Notes: a model not told the origin generated them from the sequence alone. 64,000 nucleotides of DNA from Oligoflexales bacterium (GCA_965215515.1 OZ244057.1:1120001-1184000), one strand, 5' to 3'; shown: positions 41,154-51,132, counted from the first letter of the stretch. Numbers and translations are program-made.

Positions 41154-41605
41154 GTGGTTGCAAGGAAAATTGTAGAAATCGACACGAGCCTAGCAAAGGT
41201 GGCCAGTCAGCGGGAAAGCATCGACAAACGCTTAAGCTTCTTGCTTGAGGGTGACGATCTGGAGATGGCACAATCGTTCAGAGACGAGTATGGCAAGCAG
41301 TTTATGAGTTTGAGGGACAAGGAACGGGAGCTTGACAGCACGAAGAGAGAACTTCAACTGCTGCACAAACACCTCTTGGAGGCTCGCCCTTCCCCGCAAA
41401 GCTGGAGGGTTGGATCTTGCTAGCGAGGCTATCAGCCACATTAAGAAGGATGATTTGACCTCGCTCAAGTCTGTATACCGAAGGATGTTTGAGAAAATTA
41501 TTATCCGTCCACTGGAGGGCAAGAAAGTTCAACTGGAGTTCATTTTCAAAGATGCGATCACACCACCTAGCGGGGGTGTGGTCATGTTTTGCACAGCGGT
41601 GGGCA
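41154..41605 (+). pseudogene. large serine recombinase C-terminal remnant (frameshifted)
   Basis: Coiled coil then LKSVYRRMFEKIIIRPLEGKKVQLEFIFK. Confidence 0.6.
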
Positions 41606-41681
41606 GCCCTCCCCCCAACTGTTGCCTTCCCCAGACCACACTCCCCTATTCTACGGCCTCAATACCGATAAAGCAAAACGG

Positions 41682-41709
41682 TTGCAAACCCTGGTCATTG
41701 CGCTATAAC
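41682..41709 (+). promoter_or_regulatory. putative tRNA promoter
   Basis: TTGCAA-N16-TATAAC, 14 bp upstream of the tRNA. Confidence 0.45.
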
Positions 41710-41723
41710 ACGGGGGTGCACCA

Positions 41724-41797
41724 GCACCCGTAGCTCAGTCGGATAGAGCAGCAGGCTTCGAACCTGAAGGTCGGGCGTTCGAATCGCTCCGGGTGCG
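41724..41797 (+). tRNA. tRNA-Arg (anticodon TCG), CCA not encoded
   Basis: Cloverleaf GCACCCG/CGGGTGC, D arm GCTC/GAGC, loop CT-TCG-AA, T loop TTCGAAT. Confidence 0.93.
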
Positions 41798-41940
41798 CTC
41801 TGCATATCGGCACGCGGAATCCGTCCTCGCCAGTATTCGGCGGGGACGGGTTGTTGAAGACGAATTGCAAGCGGACTTCTGCTTCGTCCACGCGTCTAAC
41901 GGTAATCTTTGCAAATATCCGCCGATAGGTAGACCTAAGC
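41798..41940 (-). pseudogene. second serine recombinase C-terminal remnant reading into the tRNA 3' end
   Basis: LRSTYRRIFAKITVRRVDEAEVRLQFVFN is homologous to the 41154-41605 remnant; cut by an IS3 end. Confidence 0.65.
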
Positions 41941-41985
41941 TGTAGATGCCCCCGTAAAAAGCGGACACCCTATCGGCTTCTAACA
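41941..41985 (+). mobile_element. solo IS3 left end
   Basis: 45-bp exact match to IRL. Confidence 0.9.
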
Positions 41986-42127
41986 GGGGAACACTGCAAG
42001 TGTTTTGAAAAATGGGGCATCGTAGAATTATAATCAATTTGTATAAATCATACTGTTGTCTATTTTTATGTTTTCTTAAAATTGTTTCCTTAAAAAATTA
42101 GAAACAAAATTAAATTAACTAAAACAA

Positions 42128-42491
42128 GTGGCCGATGTCAGAGATGAAATCAGGTTGTTACTATGTAGGTGTAATATGGCTCGAAGGGCAAAAGAGTTAC
42201 GTCTCACCCAGCTTGAGGAGTTTTTGGGCAAGGTTGATGCCTGTGGGGCAAAATTTTCTCAACGACAAAAGAAGGAGATAGGTAAGTTCTTCCTTGAAGA
42301 TGTCATGGGCTTTACCAAGGGTGAATTTGTGTCCTGTAAACAGGGCAAAGAAACACCTGATTTTGAACCTCGCAGTGAAGATTTGTGCCCATGGGCGTTG
42401 TTTATCACTGATAAAGCTGGTGAAGAATTCCATGTTGTTATCACCAACGGCAAAGAACTTTGTGTCTTCGGTTTTAATCACGAGGTAGCTA
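42128..42491 (+). pseudogene. possible restriction-enzyme N-terminal remnant truncated by IS5
   Basis: FLEDVMGF..PDF..VVITNGKELCVF resembles HsdR_N/type IIG nuclease segments. Confidence 0.35.
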
Positions 42492-42648
42492 GGGCGTGTC
42501 GCCGTTTCGTTTAATAATTTTTTGTGTGTGCTAATCACTTGTAATTAGTAGGGCAAGCCTGTATCACATGGAAAGATATGACAATAATTTCCGGAGGTTT
42601 ACCCACGGGAGGCATTATACTCACAGATGAACAATGGTCAATACTTAA
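42492..42648 (+). mobile_element. IS5-family element, copy C (left-end fragment)
   Basis: TIR plus about 155 bp matching the other copies. Confidence 0.88.
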
Positions 42649-42795
42649 GTGCAGCTGCCGCATACCGCGAATTGCGGGGGTTGATAGCATGTGGCAGGCT
42701 GATTGATTTGGGCTAACAGATTCTCGCGTGGGAGAGGCGGGGTAGCGACACCTTCGCTACCCCGCGATACAACAATGAGGACTATGGAGGATGTT

Positions 42796-43170
42796 ATGTA
42801 TAGGCTTTTAGTGCTAACAGTATTTCAGGTGGCGCATGGTTGCGCCACAATGTTCGTCCAGACGAGCGACCGTATTACGGTTCGGAGCGAAACAAAGAGG
42901 GCGGAACTGTATCTCAACGACCGCTACCTCGGGTAGGGGCACGCCAGCGTGCGCGTGCCGAAGTATGGCGATTATGTGTTAACAGTAAAGAAGCGGGGGT
43001 GTGGAAGCATCAGCCGTCACATTGACAAGCAGTATTACCTAGGTTGGTTTTTTGCTGGGAATTGTTTATTCAGCTTCTGCTTGGGAATTTTAGTTGATCT
43101 GATGACAGGTGCGTGGATAGGACTGCATCAAAACAACTATGTCCTAGACCCAAACTGCGATGACGGCTAG
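42796..43170 (+). pseudogene. PEGA-like lipoprotein with in-frame TAG at 42934
   Basis: GCATMF lipoprotein start, LYLNDRYLG*GHASVRV continues in frame to VDLMTGAW. Confidence 0.7.
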
Positions 43171-43186
43171 TTTTAGGAGGGCGTAA

Positions 43187-43690
43187 ATGTTTGACGTGCG
43201 TATGACAATTTTTGTGTGGCTCTTTTGTTTAACTCCGTCCTCTTGTGGGACGGAGGATCCAAGAAGTCTTCTACCAGGATTGCAGGAAACTGAAAGCCAA
43301 ACAAGCAAAGAAAACCTCAATACAAAACGGAAAATGCAAGAAGAGCAAGAAGAACAGGAAGAGCAGGAAGAGGAAAAAATTGTTGCATGCTATGGCAAAT
43401 GTTATACCCGCGAGGAATTTATCGACTATTGCATGGAAGCGTTCTGCGACAGTGACGGTTGTTTTTCGCTACCCGCCTGTCAGGGGCCTGCTGGTTGGGA
43501 AGAATCGCCGTCGCTAGCTATGTGCGAATACCATCAATGCCGGTTAGGAGGCTGCGATTATTGGGGACGAGAATGTGTACCTCGGAGTGATCCCCAACAA
43601 AAACAACCGTCATTAGAATTGTGCAAATACCACCAGTGCGAATTGGATGGTTGTGACCATTGGGGGGATTGTGTGCCTCGGAGTGAGTGA
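43187..43690 (+). CDS. Cys-rich putative lipoprotein with EEQ tract and duplicated Cys motif
   Basis: AGGAGG RBS, SSC, repeat PSLxxCxYHQCxLxGCDxWG. Confidence 0.7.
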   Translation: MFDVRMTIFVWLFCLTPSSCGTEDPRSLLPGLQETESQTSKENLNTKRKMQEEQEEQEEQEEEKIVACYGKCYTREEFIDYCMEAFCDSDGCFSLPACQGPAGWEESPSLAMCEYHQCRLGGCDYWGRECVPRSDPQQKQPSLELCKYHQCELDGCDHWGDCVPRSE

Positions 43691-43917
43691 AAAATGAAAG
43701 CCAGCCCGAAAATATCCCTACTTCACTGGGAGAAATCCGTGTGTATGAATTAGTAGAGGCAGGTATGGTACTGATCACACGCGATAGCCAGTGCCTGGTT
43801 TATGCTGCAAAACAGGGGGCGTTGGGAGATTACAAAATCTCTACTGGAGCAGATGTCCCCGCACACGTACAGAATGCGGTTGCCGGGGCATGGGCATTAC
43901 GTCAAAGGGCGTGCTAA
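43687..43917 (+). CDS. small hypothetical protein
   Basis: GTGA overlap with the previous gene. Confidence 0.45.
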   Translation: MKNESQPENIPTSLGEIRVYELVEAGMVLITRDSQCLVYAAKQGALGDYKISTGADVPAHVQNAVAGAWALRQRAC

Positions 43918-44090
43918 TTTCTTTCCTCGCCCCCACGACAGCCTAATCCACCGCGATGGCAGACATAGATAACTGTCCCTATACCCGCTATACCTATCCA
44001 CAACACGGTATTGTTGCGCCTGCCGAGGCGTTTCTTTATTCCCTCTGCGATTAGTTTGACCGTCCGCTGGTCGCTCCCCATGCGGGAAGC

Positions 44091-45001
44091 CCTGAGTTCC
44101 GTGGGTAGGGCGCTTAATTTAATTTTTTGGGCGACGGAAGGCCTGATTTTGCGGTGTTTTGTCAGTCTTCCTTTTTGTAGTGCCTGACCAACTTTTTCTA
44201 TTGGCAGAGGTTGTGGGGGGTGCTACGATGAGGGCATGTTTGTACGTAAGAAAACATCCCCCAGATCTAGCAGCATTGCAGTGCAAATCGTCGAGAACAG
44301 GCGGACGGGGAGGAAAAAAAATGACACACCCAAACAGAAAGTCCTGCGACACGTCGGCACTGCTGAGCATCCCCGCGCACTATACCAGATCTTCTCGCCT
44401 TCGCCGCAACGATCATGCAGCGCATGGAGCATGACAGCTCCCCCCTCTTCAGCGATCAGCCGTTCACTCCTTCGTCCCACAAGGGGCGACGCAACGAAGA
44501 TTTTGTCGATAAGATATATCGCGTGCTGGATCAGCTGGACAGCGGTAGAGTCAAAGATCTGATCCGCAGAGCAACGCTGGGCATTATGCAGGAGAAGGTC
44601 AGTGTTTGTTTTACGATGTTACCACGCTACATTGGGATGGCATCAGCGGGTATATTACCAATTCCAAGCAGCCCGAGGGGAAGGTAATAGCCTCTTACCG
44701 TCGCCTGTGGGAAATCGAAGAAGCTTTTCGCATTTCCAAACACGATCTCAAAATGCGTCCCATATTCCACCGCAAAGGCGATCGTATCAGGGCACATCAA
44801 GACAGGAGAGCTGTGCGGCACGCCTAACATAAAAGACTCCCCGCGGGCCAAAAACCTCTGCCGCATCGTCGGACTGAAATGCTCCTCTGCACCCTTTAAG
44901 CTCTAAATTACTGCGCAAAACTTGCGCACATGTAGTGCCCTACACAGGAAGCACATCCCTGTAATTACAGTATGTTGGGAAATTTACCCGCGGAACTCAG
45001 G
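44091..45001 (+). mobile_element. IS1634-family element, internally deleted
   Basis: TIRs CCTGAGTTCCG(T/C)GGGTA; fragments MFVRKK..VQIVE..QKVLRHVG, FYDVTTL, YRRLWEIEEAFRISKHDLKMRPIFH. Confidence 0.85.
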
Positions 45002-45042
45002 ACAACATCGATGTTTCAGTTGCTAGGTGACAGGGTATACTA

Positions 45043-47158
45043 GGGCGTGTCGCCGTTTTGATTCTATTATTTTAACAACTCCCTAGTGTTGCGTGGCATA
45101 GCGTGGATGACCAGACAACAATGCATCCAAGTAAGAGCATGCCTTCGTAGTTTCTTTTCAGCTTTTCATATCGTGTGGCAATAGACCTGAAGTGTTTTAG
45201 CCTTGCAAATAAATTCTCAACCTTAGGCCTGAGTTTATATGCTTCTTTACAGAAAGACTCGTTCTTTTTACTAGAATTACTCCTTCTTGGTATGACAGGA
45301 TTGCCCCCGTTATTTTTGGTTATTTCTCTTATCTTATCATCATCGTAGCATTTATCAGCTCGGTAATGACAAAATCAACAGGTCGAGCCATACTGTCTGC
45401 TACCATACTAAAATGACGTTGCCAGCTTGAGGCAAATTCTCAAGCAATTCTTCGGCCATCACAGCGTCATGCACCTGCCCTTCGGTAATGACAAAATCAA
45501 CAGGTCGAGCCATACTGTCTGCTACCATACTAATCTTCGTCGTGTGGCCACCAACTGACTTGCCAATAGCGGCCTCTTCGCCTTTGCGAGTGGAGTTGCT
45601 CCCAAAAAGCGGACAGTCTACCCAGCCTGTTGAAACTCCATGTACATCCTAGGTGACATCATGCCAAGTGCTTTGTGTGGTGCAACGTTGTTGTATTCAT
45701 CAAACCAGACATGCAATTTTTGCTTGACCACATCTGCTGAACTCAAGTTACTGACATAGGCATAGTCTCGTTTAAAAGTTTTCACGAACGCCTCCGCCAT
45801 ACCATTGCTTGCGGGGCTGTATGGTCTCGTAGTACAAACATCAAAGCCCAGATACTTGGCAAACGTTGTCGTCTGCCTAGCAACGTAACAGGGCCATTAT
45901 CCGATAGCCACTGTATTCTGTGCGGCAATTCATCGCCAAAACGTGCACCTACACAGTCAACCATCAAGTCTCTAACGAGACCACCATCAACGCCGCATGT
46001 CGAGCACGCCCAGCTGATTACCTCACGATCGTGGCAATCCATGGCAAACACAACCTCGAGACACTCCCCGTTATCGCACTGGATTCTGAAAGTATCCGAA
46101 CACCATCGAGTGTTGCTCCTCAACGTGGCCACCTTACCTTCGTGAACCCTTGTTGGCCTCGACGCATGCCTTCTCAACAGAAGATTATTGCGCTTCATGA
46201 TCCTGTAAACACGTTTATGATTGACCGCTGAAACAGCAAGGTCTCGTCGCAGCATGGCAGTCACCCGACGATACCCATAGGTGACCTTCGTGCGGATGAT
46301 CGCTAAAATACGCCGCAGAACGCTGCTGTCGCTCTTTTTCTGCCGCGAGAGCCTCTCCGAGTTACCCCTCATCTGCTTGTAGTAGTTAGACCTCGATGCC
46401 CCTAAAGCACGACAAATAGCCTTCACTGGAAACCTTCCACCCCTTGCAATGGTTTGTACGAAATCAACTTTTTTTTTCTGGCCACGAGCGAGACCGACAT
46501 GCCTGGTTGATAGGTTTCCATGACTATGGCCTGCTTTTCCGCTGGCCCCCACATCCGCCTTTTCCTGGTTAGAGAAAGCGGAACATCACCTTGCCGTTGC
46601 TCTGCAACAACGGCCGCTCCCTCTCTATCGGGTGCCTCCGAACTTACGAAACGATCACTAACCATAACTGAACTCCTCTACGTGAATTGTTAGAAGCCGA
46701 TAGGGTGTCCGCTTTTTACGGGGGCATCTACAGCGAGCACCGCTGCTGTGTTGATGTGCCTTGACGATCGTAGCGTCTATGGACACGTTGCCCAGATCAC
46801 AATGTACCAGATAGCTGTCAAAGACAGATTGCAGCTTACCGCTCTTTCCTCAGTCCGTAAAGCGTTTGTGCAGTGCTCGCCAGTCGCCGTATTTTTCAGG
46901 CACACATCGCCACGGACACCCTGACTTTAGCTTAAAAAATACCACGCACAGTCAGACGCAGCCTCTTCTTGCGATACACGCCCGCCTCCAACAGTTTGTT
47001 TTTAAGTATTGACCATTGTTCATCTGTGAGTACAATGCCTCTCATGGGCAGACCTCTGGAAATTATTGTCATGTCTTTCCATATGATGCAGGTTTGCCCT
47101 ACTAATTACAAGTGATTAGCACACACAAAAAATTATTAAACGAAACGGCGACACGCCC
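45043..47158 (-). mobile_element. IS5-family element, copy D, interrupted by IS3
   Basis: Both TIRs, TA duplication in CTAG; carries the IS3 and a 52-bp insertion. Confidence 0.92.
45591..46732 (-). mobile_element. IS3-family (IS2-like) element, defective, nested in IS5
   Basis: TG...CA ends, imperfect IRs, 5-bp target duplication GCGAG; orfA 46423..46665 shortened, A9G slippery site; orfB YGYRR, WCSD, SDNG, frameshift before MAEAFVKTFKRDY. Confidence 0.93.
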
Positions 47159-47211
47159 TAGTCAGGCCTTCTAAAGGCATTATCTTGGCATCACCAACTC
47201 CAACATCTATA

Positions 47212-47274
47212 TGAACTCCTATACGTGATTGTGAGAAACCGATAGGGTGTCCGTTTTTTACGGGAGCATCTGCA
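47212..47274 (-). mobile_element. diverged solo IS3 left end
   Basis: About 63 bp with several substitutions; supplies the stop codon of ORF 47258..48508. Confidence 0.8.
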
Positions 47275-48508
47275 CGATGTCGCGGTAGATATGGCGGTAA
47301 TCGTTTTCGTCGTCAATCGAACCGAGATAATCTACCAAGCGTTGTCCGCCACCGTCGATGGCGTAGTTTTCAAAATCCGACCAATCTACTCGTATCTTCA
47401 TCGTCTTTTCCCTAAGTTCAGCATATCTTTCGTGATACATACCAACAGTTGAATCCGCGGGAATCAGTAAAGGTTTGAGTTCTGTTGCCGATGCCCTTTC
47501 GGATCGGAAAACATAGTCCGGATACGGATATCGAAACAGATCACCATCCGTAGATGTTAAGCCGTAGAGACGATAACGGCGTTCAAGGGTAGCGCGTTGA
47601 CCGTGCAGATAACCTAAATCTCGCAAAATTTGTTCAATATCGGGCATGGTGCACAGATGGCTGACCACACAGAGCGTTGAGGGTAGTGAGGCGAGAACTA
47701 CGACAACCAGGAACGCATCTTCTCTGAGCCAAGATTGGCCACATTTCACTTTGCTAGCAGCATCGTAGGAATGTGTTGAAATTAAACCGTTTTTCATTTT
47801 CCGGTATTGGACGAACAGCTTACCGTCTATGTCTAGCCGGACGGCACCGTCTGCTAGCTCTACATAGCTGAAATCACGACCTGATTGATCAGTGTAGTTG
47901 CTCGTCCCCGGTTCGGGAAGTGTCGCCTTCAAACTCAAATCAGAAGTATGAAAATCGGTCAGCGCGGTCGTTATCCTGTTCAGAGGGCGTTGGTAATATC
48001 CGCCCGGCACACCGCGGCCGGGACCATGATACTTGCCGTCTCTTGCTAGGAGGCGTTCTAGGATCGTCTGTTCAAAAGCTGCTTCTAGTGCGGTCACCGG
48101 ATCTGGGGTCGAGTTTTTGGTAATGACGGGTTGAATGCAGTAATCACCGATCAACGCGATTTGGTAGTTGCTACCTGCAATCTGATCGGGTAGTTCTCTC
48201 AGCAAAGCGAGCATTTTTTCTGTCTGCTTTTTATCTCTCTGGGCGTAAAGACCCTGCGGGCTATAGCGATGTTGTAAAGAAGGGTCGACAACTAGCAACA
48301 CGTCTAGCGGGGGTAACTCAACTTGAGCTGTTGCCTCTTGAGCTGTTGCCTCTTGAGCTGTTGCCTCTTGAGCTGTTGCCTCTTGAGCTGCTGCCTCTTG
48401 AGCTGCTGTTTTCTGGTCAGTGACCAGTCCACTCACTTGACACGCGATCGCAGCCGATAACAAACCGGTACCGACCAATCTCGATTTCATAATCCCATCC
48501 CCAATCAT
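47258..48508 (-). CDS. putative lipoprotein with QEATA repeats and degenerate vWA-like domain
   Basis: AIAC lipobox-like; LDVLLVVDPS and WLREDAFLVVVVL resemble vWA strands; 3' end formed by an IS remnant. Confidence 0.6.
   Translation of the reverse strand: MIGDGIMKSRLVGTGLLSAAIACQVSGLVTDQKTAAQEAAAQEATAQEATAQEATAQEATAQVELPPLDVLLVVDPSLQHRYSPQGLYAQRDKKQTEKMLALLRELPDQIAGSNYQIALIGDYCIQPVITKNSTPDPVTALEAAFEQTILERLLARDGKYHGPGRGVPGGYYQRPLNRITTALTDFHTSDLSLKATLPEPGTSNYTDQSGRDFSYVELADGAVRLDIDGKLFVQYRKMKNGLISTHSYDAASKVKCGQSWLREDAFLVVVVLASLPSTLCVVSHLCTMPDIEQILRDLGYLHGQRATLERRYRLYGLTSTDGDLFRYPYPDYVFRSERASATELKPLLIPADSTVGMYHERYAELREKTMKIRVDWSDFENYAIDGGGQRLVDYLGSIDDENDYRHIYRDIVQMLP
48323..48410 (-). repeat. 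15-bp coding tandem repeat (QEATA, about 6 copies)
   Basis: TTGAGCTGTTGCCTC repeated. Confidence 0.9.
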
Positions 48509-48591
48509 TGTTTACCCCCAAGGTCGATTTGGTTATCGGTCGTATTTTGTATTTTTTTAGTTTTTTCTGAGTTCCGTGGCATTGTTGTCTG

Positions 48592-48673
48592 TGTAGATGC
48601 CCCCGCAAAAAGCGGACACCCTATCGGCTTTTAACAATCACGTAGAGGAGTTCAGTTATGGTTAGTGATCGTT
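48592..48673 (+). mobile_element. solo IS3 left end
   Basis: 82 bp including RBS and ATGGTTAGTGATCGTT. Confidence 0.9.
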
Positions 48674-49330
48674 CCGCATCTGGATGTGTTGCAAGGCACG
48701 TTCAAGCAGAGTGAATTTGCTGCCGACTTGACCCAAGTTGGGCATGGCACAGCCACACCTGAGTATAGCGAAGCACAAAAATTGCTAGGTTTGTGCATGC
48801 CCAACCATACTATTGCTAACTACGAGGATGTGCTAAAGAGTTGCGTCTCACTCATCTTGAGGAGTTATACTCGTGGGCTTTGTTCGTCACAAACAAAGAA
48901 GATTTGCGAGAAGAGTATGACCAAAGAGCTAGCTCTTACCTACATCCTGATAAGGCTGGAACCTGTATCACTACTGAAAAGAATTATCAAGATGGCCTGC
49001 CCACCAAAGGGATTATCTGCTGATTTCTTTGCAGGGTGTGCCAGTACTATTAGTGCAGCACATGAACTTAATTACAAGTGGCTTGGCTGCGATGTCTCTA
49101 AAGATGCTATTGCTGTTATTCGCAAGCGTATGGTCAAAGAGCATAAACTGAGAGTTGACGTAATCAGGGTTGGTACTTTGTCTAGAAAAGAAATCTATAA
49201 GCTTAGTCCCTTTGAGTTTGAAAAGAAAATGGTATCATTATTGCAAAAAGCTTTGCTAAAACTGCTTATGAAGAGGTTGATCGCTTATTTAATGAAGAAA
49301 GGTTGTCAATTGATCTTGTTCCTAGCGACG
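48665..49330 (+). pseudogene. chimeric remnant: DUF499-type ATPase N-terminus + N6/N4 DNA methyltransferase C-terminus
   Basis: VPHLDVLQGTFKQSEFAADL..TPEY; PVSLLKRIIKMACPPKG..ADFFAGC..AAHELNYKWLGCD; LSPFEFE. Confidence 0.7.
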
Positions 49331-49364
49331 ACATCATACGAGATGCGGCATAGACCCAAAACCC

Positions 49365-49751
49365 TCAAACCAAAATACTTTTAGTATAGACAATGCCTTT
49401 CTTGCCCCAAAAAGTAACAGGTGGGTCGATAACTTTAACAATCTCAACATGCCAACCCCATTTTGGTTTCTTCCATGCCCAGGGTGAGTTTTTATCTGTG
49501 CGGTGGTAATGATAATCGGCATAGAAAGTTTTGCGGTTGGGGTATTTTAAGCACTTGGTGAATTTGATGATAGCTGTAGCACGAGACTTGAACTTACCTC
49601 TTTGGCCTGGGGTTTCGATAAGTAGCATCTCCTTGTTAAGATAATGTGGTGGGAGAGGATAAGTGCGAGTTTCAATGATTTTTTTGCCTGCAATGATTTC
49701 TCTGGAGATAGGCCATTGAATGTTGATACCTGTGTAGGTTTTTTTAGTCAT
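49365..49751 (-). CDS. ASCH-domain protein
   Basis: INIQWP...IIAGKKIIETR (GxKxxExR motif). Confidence 0.8.
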   Translation of the reverse strand: MTKKTYTGINIQWPISREIIAGKKIIETRTYPLPPHYLNKEMLLIETPGQRGKFKSRATAIIKFTKCLKYPNRKTFYADYHYHRTDKNSPWAWKKPKWGWHVEIVKVIDPPVTFWGKKGIVYTKSILV

Positions 49752-51132
49752 GATGGTTGAGGGGGCGATGCAAAGTGCTTTTGTCGTAAGGCTTGAGGCA
49801 CTTGTTGTTAGTGTGTTTCATGCGCACATCCCAAGTTATATCACGCGCGGTTTTGGTTTTAGCAAACTTCTCGACGCGATCTATGGCATTGCAACAATCC
49901 TTCTTATTAGACCACAGGTCTTGATCTTGCCAAAAATGACTTTCGCCATTGCCGATGTAACAGGTGGTGAATTGCATGCCTCTTTGTTTACACTTGGCAT
50001 GAATGCGTTCATAGTAGGCTCTGATCTCGGCATCGCTATAGTGAAAGTCTCGTGATTTTTTCTCGGTGAAGATCGCCGTCTTTTTAGTATCGTCGCGGTA
50101 AAATTCTCGCAAATTTCGCCCGCTAGCCTTTTCTATTTGATTGAGAGAAAAACTCGAAAGTCTGACGATACCCGCTAAAATCGCTGGCACGCCGTGTTCA
50201 GCAACAGCATCAACTATCTCAAAACTGGAATAGTGGAAAGGCTCAGGCATATTGTTACGATCAAAGTTAGGATCAGTGAAATAACCATCGGGATAGATAG
50301 GAAAGAAGGGGTTAAGCCTTGCCGTTGTCCAAAAGCCATTGCGCACCAGCTTTTGTAAAGCCAGCAATCGCCGCTTAGCGCTGGGTGCACCTGGCTCTAT
50401 CTGACGGTTCATGGCATCGTCAATCGAAGCAATACTCATCTGTATTGAACAAAGATCAGCACGTAGCAACTGCATATATTCATCGTGGGCAATCAAATCG
50501 GAACGCGTAAAGATGATATAAGGATAATCGTAGTAGTTGAGAATTTTGAGCAGTTCTTGTGTGACTTGGTATTTCTTATCTATAAACATGAAAGAATCAG
50601 ACATCGAGCCGATGCGCAGTGGCACACGCATCTTAAGCATTTCTCGCCAGCGAGACATGTTATCGGTCTCAAAGGCATAGTAAAAAGTTTTCCAGATTTC
50701 AGTAATATCGACAGGCATGGGGAAAGGACGATTCCAGTAGGCATGCACGGTAAGTTCAGCCTTGGCATAGCAGTAGACACAGTTGTGAATACAGCCCCGC
50801 CCATAAGTATCGACTTCAAAAGCATAGAGGCATTGCTGGCAAGTGTTGTGACTGTTGACCAGCTTAAAGGGACTTTGAAACACCACCCCGCCGCGTGGTG
50901 GACGAGCCGCAAACCTAGTTTCTAGCCGTTTATAGATCTCAAAATCGAATTCACAAGGATAGTTAGACAGCTTGGCAAGCTTCGTTGCTCGCTCAGCAAT
51001 CCTATCGAACTTGGGTGTCGCAGGCTGTGGCGGCCTGTCCACACGAGGGAAGGGGATAACATTACTGACACTGCTGGGGGTAAGCGTATCCATAACGATA
51101 CCAACGTATGCCTCAACAGCCCCTGCTGTCAA
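49744..51132 (-). CDS. radical SAM protein, spore-photoproduct-lyase-like (start possibly 51093)
   Basis: DTYGRGCIHNCVYCYA (CxxxCxxC), RIGSMSDSF, IFTRS, IEPGAPSAKRRL, RLNPFFP. Confidence 0.88.
   Translation of the reverse strand: MTAGAVEAYVGIVMDTLTPSSVSNVIPFPRVDRPPQPATPKFDRIAERATKLAKLSNYPCEFDFEIYKRLETRFAARPPRGGVVFQSPFKLVNSHNTCQQCLYAFEVDTYGRGCIHNCVYCYAKAELTVHAYWNRPFPMPVDITEIWKTFYYAFETDNMSRWREMLKMRVPLRIGSMSDSFMFIDKKYQVTQELLKILNYYDYPYIIFTRSDLIAHDEYMQLLRADLCSIQMSIASIDDAMNRQIEPGAPSAKRRLLALQKLVRNGFWTTARLNPFFPIYPDGYFTDPNFDRNNMPEPFHYSSFEIVDAVAEHGVPAILAGIVRLSSFSLNQIEKASGRNLREFYRDDTKKTAIFTEKKSRDFHYSDAEIRAYYERIHAKCKQRGMQFTTCYIGNGESHFWQDQDLWSNKKDCCNAIDRVEKFAKTKTARDITWDVRMKHTNNKCLKPYDKSTLHRPLNHHD

Noticed and set aside
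41703..42037. ORFs 41703..41891 and 41735..42037 as real genes
   Set aside because: They run antisense through the tRNA and the IS end; only 41798-41940 has protein homology, as a remnant.
42934..42936. Amber read-through (pyrrolysine or recoding)
   Set aside because: Single case in a decaying island; TAG is an ordinary stop in many genes here (for example rpsO and amt); a point mutation is simpler.
48567..48579. IS1634 TIR-like CTGAGTTCCGTGG (weaker match near 19528)
   Set aside because: Too short, with no adjoining element sequence or partner end.
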